A DNA stretch of 64,000 nt from contig CALFUL010000009.1 of NCBI GenBank assembly GCA_937929935.1, forward strand, positions 19,748 to 83,747. Reading direction: 5' to 3'. A program made the translations under genes and the position numbers. The DNA is from an uncultured Flavobacteriaceae bacterium (lineage in GTDB: Bacteria > Bacteroidota > Bacteroidia > Flavobacteriales > Flavobacteriaceae). Shown one piece after another: positions 58,116 to 64,000 of the stretch. Numbering within the stretch: the stretch's first letter is position 1; each line of letters opens with the position of its first letter. The notes under the pieces were generated by a model that saw only the letters and a program-made list of their open reading frames with translations, did no database searches and had not been told where the DNA came from.

Positions 58116-58508
58116 ATGAATTGGTATTTAAAAGTATTGAAACAATACGCAGACTTTAATGGTAGAGCACGAAGAAAAGAGTATTGGATGTTTTTTTTAA
58201 TCAACATGATAATTTCTTATGCTTTAGCATTTTTTCCGCTGTTAATTGATTTGCCTGAACTTGCTATTGTTTCAACCCTTTATTCATTGGCTTTATTTCT
58301 ACCAAGTATAGCCGTTGGTGTTCGTAGACTGCATGATGTTGGCAAGAGTGGTTGGTTCTTTCTCATTGTACTTATCCCTCTTATTGGAGCAATTTGGTTA
58401 CTTGTTTTGTTTTGCACTGATGGTGATCAAGGGCCAAACAAATGGGGTGTGAACCCAAAAATTCCGAATACAGAATTAGATGATATAGGTGTAAAAGAAG
58501 TACAGTAA
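58116..58508 (+). CDS. DUF805 membrane protein
   Basis: YADFNGRARRKEYW, VRRLHDVGKSGW, GPNKWG. Confidence 0.92.
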   Translation: MNWYLKVLKQYADFNGRARRKEYWMFFLINMIISYALAFFPLLIDLPELAIVSTLYSLALFLPSIAVGVRRLHDVGKSGWFFLIVLIPLIGAIWLLVLFCTDGDQGPNKWGVNPKIPNTELDDIGVKEVQ

Positions 58509-58524
58509 ACACCGTTTAATAAGA

Positions 58525-58557
58525 TAAAAAAAGGAGCGACTAAGCCGCTCCTTTTTT
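58525..58557. terminator. Bidirectional terminator
   Basis: AAAAAAGGAGCG-ACTAAGC-CGCTCCTTTTTT. Confidence 0.8.
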
Positions 58558-58559
58558 AA

Positions 58560-59318
58560 TTACATGTCTTTTGTGAAGTGATTGTAATCACTGATAATGG
58601 TTTTGATGAAAGTTTCAGTGGTGCTTTTTTCATCAGGATTCTCTTCGATCACATCAACAATTTTTTTCTTTAAAATGAGCATGGTTTTGATGTCTTGCGT
58701 TTTTTTAGCTTGAATAAAGTTTTCTTTGATGATACGCACATCATTATCAGATAGTTTAATGACTGAAAAATAGGTGGGTTGGTAATCTTCTTTAATTTCT
58801 TCTAAAATAGTATGATTAATACCAATTTTATTTTTGAGGGTAATCACAGCAGTACCTGATGCCATGCCACCCAATCTTTGGTGGTTTTTAGAACTGCCAA
58901 TGGTAACAAGGGCAATAACACCAGAAAATATACTAATATCAACAATTCGCATACCCCATCTTATAAAATAATCTAAAAATGAAGCACGATACCCGTCAAT
59001 TTTGACCACCCGTATTTTGACTAATTTCTTACCTAAGGTTTGCCCCATGAGCAAGGTTTCTGAAACAATGGTGTAAAAAATAATTGGCGCACCTAATACA
59101 AGTATTATTGCCATAACGCTCCAATAATCAGTAGATATGTTGTTGTTAATTATTTTTTCAAGAGAATTTCCGCCCAAATTAAAAATAAAAAATATCAAAA
59201 ATATGTAAGCGAATTTTATGACTAAATCAATAAAATATGCTAAAATACGTTCGCCTACTTCAGCTGCTTTAAAATTAATTGTGACGTTCTGTGTGGTTGA
59301 AATTTGTATTTCTGCCAT
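58560..59318 (-). CDS. RDD family membrane protein
   Basis: GERILAYFID, GQTLGK, QRLGGMASGT. Confidence 0.9.
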   Translation of the reverse strand: MAEIQISTTQNVTINFKAAEVGERILAYFIDLVIKFAYIFLIFFIFNLGGNSLEKIINNNISTDYWSVMAIILVLGAPIIFYTIVSETLLMGQTLGKKLVKIRVVKIDGYRASFLDYFIRWGMRIVDISIFSGVIALVTIGSSKNHQRLGGMASGTAVITLKNKIGINHTILEEIKEDYQPTYFSVIKLSDNDVRIIKENFIQAKKTQDIKTMLILKKKIVDVIEENPDEKSTTETFIKTIISDYNHFTKDM

Positions 59319-59340
59319 TATATAATTTTATTTGTAGAGT

Positions 59341-60318
59341 ATGCGAGAGGTGGCTTTTATCCGACAAAATAAAGAAAAATGGTTGCAATTTGAAAAAGCA
59401 ATTTCTCAAAAGGAAATCGAAAACCCAGATGAACTCTCTGATTTATACCTACATTTAATAAACGATTTAGCTTATGCTCAAACATACTATAAAAAGAGCA
59501 AACTTGTAGTCTATCTTAACAATTTAGCGGTTAGTGTGTATCAAAAGATTTATCTAACCAAAAGAGAAAAGGCTAATTTCTTTGTTTACTTTTTCACAGT
59601 TGAAGTTCCTGTTTTACTCTATAAATATCGAAGATATTTGTTGTATTCTTTTGTATTTTTTCTACTTTCAATTTTAATGGGAGCTGTTTCAGCAGCCAAT
59701 GATGATTCTTTTATTCGATTGATTTTGGGTGATGGTTATGTGAACTCTACCCTTCAAAACATTGAAAACGGAGACCCCGTAGCTGTTTATAAAGGCGGTA
59801 GTAATTGGGGAAGTTTTATAGGCATAACCTATAACAACCTCAAAGTTGGTTTAACCTCATTTGTTTTTGGAATCACGGGTGGAATAGGAACCGCCTATGT
59901 ATTGTTACAAAACGGCATCATGGTGGGGGCGTTTCAATATATGTTTGAAAAAGAAGGCGTGCTTTGGGAAAGTGCTAAAGGAATATGGATTCACGGTGCC
60001 ATGGAAATTTTTGCCATAGCCATTGAAGGTGCAGCGGGCTTTATTTTGGGTGCGAGTATCCTATTTCCGAAAACCTACTCAAGATTAGTTTCATTTAAAA
60101 GAGGCATGAGAGATGGTATTAAAATAGTAATCAGTACATTTCCGTTTACCTTTGCTGCTGGATTTTTAGAAGGATATGTAACTCGTTTTTCAGACACTAT
60201 GCCTAATTTTTTAGCGCTTCTGATTATTTTCGGAACCCTAGGGCTTATTTCATATTACTATTTAATTTATCCTTATAAAGTCAATAAAAAAATAATTAAT
60301 GCCAGCTTTGAAAAGTAA
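59341..60318 (+). CDS. Stage II sporulation protein M-like (DUF95) membrane protein
   Basis: MREVAFIRQNKEKW, DLAYAQTYY, NGIMVG, IWIHGAMEI, LEGYVT. Confidence 0.88.
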   Translation: MREVAFIRQNKEKWLQFEKAISQKEIENPDELSDLYLHLINDLAYAQTYYKKSKLVVYLNNLAVSVYQKIYLTKREKANFFVYFFTVEVPVLLYKYRRYLLYSFVFFLLSILMGAVSAANDDSFIRLILGDGYVNSTLQNIENGDPVAVYKGGSNWGSFIGITYNNLKVGLTSFVFGITGGIGTAYVLLQNGIMVGAFQYMFEKEGVLWESAKGIWIHGAMEIFAIAIEGAAGFILGASILFPKTYSRLVSFKRGMRDGIKIVISTFPFTFAAGFLEGYVTRFSDTMPNFLALLIIFGTLGLISYYYLIYPYKVNKKIINASFEK

Positions 60319-61018
60319 AAAACATTGGCTTTTAGTGGTGTTCTACTTTGGGGCTTTGGTATTGACCTTTGCACAAGATAAAGTGGTGCCTGATGCGCCT
60401 GATGAAGTTGAGGTATTATCAAGCTCATTCAAAGACGGCTATACGGGTGCAGCTTTTGACTATGTTGAAACAACTTCTTTTTTAGAGCGTCTTAGCAACT
60501 GGTTTAGAGATGTGATCTCAAGCCTCTTCAATGTACAAAGTCAAAGTGCCTCGCAGATTATTAATGTACTGAAAAAAATATTTTGGTTTGCAGTTATTTT
60601 AGGAGTCATCTACCTCATTGTAAAAATTATTCTGAAAAAAGAAATCAGATGGATTTTTAAAAGGAACAAAGAAAAAAAACAAAATCTCAATTTTGAAATT
60701 GGCGAAAATATTAGTGAGGTAGACTTTAATGCCTTGATTTCTGAAGCTGCAACAAATAAAGATTACCGATCAGCAATTCGCTACTACTATCTCTTTTTAC
60801 TGAAAAAATTAGATCAGTTTAATGTGATTGAATATGACCCTCAGAAAACGTCATTTGACTATCAAAATGAGGTGCAAGAATCTAAATATAATTCTGATTT
60901 TAGTAAGGCGACCTACTATTACACCTATATATGGTATGGCGAATTTGCTATTGATGAAAATGAATATAAACAAACCTCATCAGTCTTTGACGAGCTTTTA
61001 AAACAAGTTAAAGGATGA
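60299..61018 (+). CDS. DUF4129-like membrane protein
   Basis: YRSAIRYYYL, KT..DY, YIWYGEF. Confidence 0.8.
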   Translation: MPALKSKKHWLLVVFYFGALVLTFAQDKVVPDAPDEVEVLSSSFKDGYTGAAFDYVETTSFLERLSNWFRDVISSLFNVQSQSASQIINVLKKIFWFAVILGVIYLIVKIILKKEIRWIFKRNKEKKQNLNFEIGENISEVDFNALISEAATNKDYRSAIRYYYLFLLKKLDQFNVIEYDPQKTSFDYQNEVQESKYNSDFSKATYYYTYIWYGEFAIDENEYKQTSSVFDELLKQVKG

Positions 61019-62202
61019 GAAGCAAAAACATACTAGCCGTCAGTTTTGTGGTTTTACTTCTAATATTGGCTATGGCCAACAGAAGTCATAAAGTAAATTG
61101 GTCGCCAACTTTTAATGAGAATGATACAAAACCTTTTGATACCAAGGTGTTTTATGATCAGCTGCCAAATTGGTTTCAAGAAAAATCAGTCAAAAAAATC
61201 TATACTACCTTTTATGAGTACGATCAATATTTAAGAGGCCAACCAGTTGATTCAGTTAAAAATTACATCAGTATTTCTGACCAATATGATATTGATTATA
61301 CGTCTTTTGAGGCTCTTTTAGAATATGTTTCATATGGTAATGAGGCCTTTATTTCGGCCAATAGTTTTCCTGGTTATGTAAAAGACTCTTTAGGTTTTGA
61401 AACTTCTTTTGAGATTACAGAGCTTCGAGAAACTGAGCATACTATGTTTTTAGAAAATGTAGATGATGTATTGACATTTACCTCAAAATTACCAAGCGGT
61501 TTGTCTTATGTGAAAGATAGTACGGCTGCGAAAAAATTAGGGCATTATATCTCAAAAGAGGAGAAGAAGCGCACCAATTTTGTGGGTATACCCTATTATG
61601 ATGGTATTTTCTACATTCATACCACCCCTGAAGTTTTTACCAATTATCAAATGCTTGAGGCAAAAGAATTTGGGTATTTGAGCACAGTTATTTCATACTT
61701 GCAGAAAGAACCTATTTTGTGGGACACGGCTATCAAAATTAACCCTGAACTCAGCCAAAGTCCGTTACGGTATATCACATCAAAAGAACCACTTAGATGG
61801 GCATGGTACCTTTTGCTCATAAGTATTGGTCTTTTTATGTTGTTTAATGCCAAGCGTAGGCAAAGAATTATTCCGGTGGTTGAACCCTTAAAAAACACGA
61901 CAACTGAATTTGTTCATACGGTAAGTAATTTACATTTTGAAGCACATGACTACAATGGGGTTATTCAAAAGAGAATCATTCATTTTTTAGAAATGATTAG
62001 AAGTAAATACCACCTTTCTACAGAAAATTTAAATGAAGATTTTGTAAATAAACTAGCATTAAAATCAGGAAATTCTAAAGTGCAAATACAACAACTAGTC
62101 ACTATGATTATTAAAATGAAATCACATACCTTCATGACTAGTGAGCCCTTAGTACAGTTGAATAAAGAGATTGAAAAATTCTACAAAAAAGATAAAAAGT
62201 AA
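61015..62202 (+). CDS. DUF4350-like membrane protein
   Basis: D.KPF, PEVFTNY, SPLRYI, AKRRQRIIP, TTEFV; operon position. Confidence 0.78.
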   Translation: MRSKNILAVSFVVLLLILAMANRSHKVNWSPTFNENDTKPFDTKVFYDQLPNWFQEKSVKKIYTTFYEYDQYLRGQPVDSVKNYISISDQYDIDYTSFEALLEYVSYGNEAFISANSFPGYVKDSLGFETSFEITELRETEHTMFLENVDDVLTFTSKLPSGLSYVKDSTAAKKLGHYISKEEKKRTNFVGIPYYDGIFYIHTTPEVFTNYQMLEAKEFGYLSTVISYLQKEPILWDTAIKINPELSQSPLRYITSKEPLRWAWYLLLISIGLFMLFNAKRRQRIIPVVEPLKNTTTEFVHTVSNLHFEAHDYNGVIQKRIIHFLEMIRSKYHLSTENLNEDFVNKLALKSGNSKVQIQQLVTMIIKMKSHTFMTSEPLVQLNKEIEKFYKKDKK

Positions 62203-62205
62203 CAT

Positions 62206-63186
62206 ATGGAAAATAATGATATCGAGTTTGATAATCGGTTAGATCTAAAAGAATTACAAGAGAGTGTTTTGCAAATTAAAACAGAGCTAGCCAAAGTTAT
62301 AGTAGGTCAAAAACAATTGGTTAATTTGTTGATAACTGCCTTATTGGCTGAGGGTCATGTTTTGTTAGAAGGCGTACCTGGGGTTGCAAAAACAATTACA
62401 GCAAAACTTTTGGCAAAAGCGCTTGAAGTAGATTTTAGTAGAATACAATTTACACCAGATTTAATGCCTTCTGATGTTTTAGGTACTTCTATTTTTAATT
62501 TGAAGAAATCAGAATTTGAGTTTAAAAAAGGACCTATTTTTTCAAATATTATTTTAGCAGATGAAATTAATAGGGCACCAGCAAAAACGCAAGCTGCCTT
62601 ATTTGAAGTGATGGAAGAACGTCAGGTTACTATGGATGGTGAAAAGTATTTATTAGAACCACCATATATTATTTTGGCAACTCAAAACCCTATTGAACAA
62701 GAAGGTACCTACAGATTGCCTGAAGCTCAATTAGATCGTTTTCTATTCAAGATTGTTATTGATTACCCTAACTTAGAAGAAGAGGTTGAAATTATCACAA
62801 GAGAACACGCGTTGAAAACAACCAAATTAGCTCAAATTTCAAAAAGCTTAAGCAAAGCTAAAATCATAGCGTTTCAAGGCTTGATTTCACAAATTATTGT
62901 AGAGCCGCATTTGATTAAATACATTGCAGAAATAACATTGAATACCCGTACAAATCCGTTTTTGTATTTGGGTGCCTCGCCAAGAGCATCTATTGCTATT
63001 TTAAAAGCCAGTAAAGCTTTTGCTGCTATAAATGGGCGTGATTTTGTGACGCCAGAAGACATCAAACAAATTACTGTTCCTGTTTTGCAACACCGTGTAA
63101 TTGTTACTCCTGAAAGAGAAATGGAAGGCATAACCTCTACGCAAATTATCAATGATATTTTGCAAAGTGTTGAAATTCCTAAATAG
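62206..63186 (+). CDS. moxR: MoxR family AAA+ ATPase
   Basis: EGVPGVAKT, RIQFTPDLMPSD, ADEINRAPAKTQ, ATQNPIEQEGTY.LPEAQLDRF, GASPRA. Confidence 0.95.
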   Translation: MENNDIEFDNRLDLKELQESVLQIKTELAKVIVGQKQLVNLLITALLAEGHVLLEGVPGVAKTITAKLLAKALEVDFSRIQFTPDLMPSDVLGTSIFNLKKSEFEFKKGPIFSNIILADEINRAPAKTQAALFEVMEERQVTMDGEKYLLEPPYIILATQNPIEQEGTYRLPEAQLDRFLFKIVIDYPNLEEEVEIITREHALKTTKLAQISKSLSKAKIIAFQGLISQIIVEPHLIKYIAEITLNTRTNPFLYLGASPRASIAILKASKAFAAINGRDFVTPEDIKQITVPVLQHRVIVTPEREMEGITSTQIINDILQSVEIPK

Positions 63187-63195
63187 CATATTTTA

Positions 63196-64000
63196 ATGGC
63201 TAAAAGCAAAAAACAAACCTCGAATTCGAATTTCATAGTCCGGTTTTTTAAAGATTTATTTTTAAATAACCGCTTGTTCTATGCACTTTTCGCAATCATT
63301 TTGCTGTTTGTTTTAAGTTTTATTTTTAGTTCATTATTAGAACTAGCCAAGCTGATATTTTATCTTTTTTTAATAGTTCTTGCTGTTGATATGTTGCTTC
63401 TTTTTGGTGCTAAAAAAGGAATCAGTGCCAGTAGAATTTTACCTGAAAAATTTTCGAATGGTGATATAAATAAGATAGGTGTTGAAATTAGCAATAACTA
63501 TTCTTTAAAAATGTACTGCACCATAATTGATGAATTGCCAGTTCAATTTCAACAGCGTGATTTCAATCTGATTAAATCAATTGACGCAAATACAAAAGAT
63601 TCTTTTTCATATGAGGTGCAACCCACTGAAAGAGGTGCCTATGAGTTTGGGGCTTTGCATATATATGCTTCAAGTGTAATAGGTTTTGTAAAACGAAGAT
63701 TCTCATTTGATGCCGCTCAAAACGTCAAAACATATCCGAGCTTTTTACAATTAAAAAAGTATGATTTAATTTCATTAAACCAGTTTAATCTTCAGTTCGG
63801 TATCAAGAAAATTCGAAGAATAGGTAACTCTTATGAATTTGAGCAAATTAAAGACTATGTTCAAGGTGATAATATAAAAGATATCAATTGGAAAGCAACT
63901 GCGAAACGTAATCAGCTGATGGTTAATCAGTTTCAAGATGAAAAATCTCAGCAGATATACTCAATTGTTGACAAGGGTAGAGTCATGAAAATGCCTTTTG
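63196..64000 (+). CDS. DUF58 domain protein, 5' part (runs off the window)
   Basis: Frame open from ATG 63196 to the end; IIDELP, PTERG.Y.FG, EFEQIKDYVQGD..KDINWKATAKR..LMVNQF.DEKSQ. Confidence 0.88.
   Translation, partial: MAKSKKQTSNSNFIVRFFKDLFLNNRLFYALFAIILLFVLSFIFSSLLELAKLIFYLFLIVLAVDMLLLFGAKKGISASRILPEKFSNGDINKIGVEISNNYSLKMYCTIIDELPVQFQQRDFNLIKSIDANTKDSFSYEVQPTERGAYEFGALHIYASSVIGFVKRRFSFDAAQNVKTYPSFLQLKKYDLISLNQFNLQFGIKKIRRIGNSYEFEQIKDYVQGDNIKDINWKATAKRNQLMVNQFQDEKSQQIYSIVDKGRVMKMPF

Noticed and set aside
1-64000. CRISPR array
   Set aside because: No run of equal-length repeats with unique spacers seen; repeats present are intragenic, paired or dispersed palindromes.

Overview
AT-rich Flavobacteriaceae chromosome segment (Maribacter/Croceitalea/Muricauda-like by gene content; inference). 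The left ~1.9 kb is the right end of an integrative element: a class III nucleotidyl cyclase 3' end, a tyrosine integrase and a displaced 3' half of tRNA-Val(TAC). Next come a T9SS-secreted Ig-repeat protein, tRNA-Val(GAC) and a long core-genome stretch (murF, gldJ, porV, cdd, pdhA/C, mlaEF-like ABC, pafA, murI, folA, thyA, nupC, etfAB, pdhB, ppa, hppA, tonB, a two-component system with a GLPGLI/outer-membrane barrel operon, metK with a SAM-II riboswitch). A methionine operon (metY, metX-thrA fusion, metZ-like) and a MoxR/DUF58 operon running off the right edge follow. The most striking structure is a ~310-325 bp direct repeat, each copy carrying a promoter-like region and a full SAM-I riboswitch, bracketing a lone AAA+ ATPase/PD-(D/E)XK (DUF4143-like) gene. 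The left riboswitch copy points antisense into that gene and has a substitution at a SAM-contacting position. A second duplication-flanked insert sits at the other end of the met operon. Several REP/MITE-like palindromic families and candidate operators were also seen. No CRISPR array or rRNA. All calls are by eye; no database searches were run.
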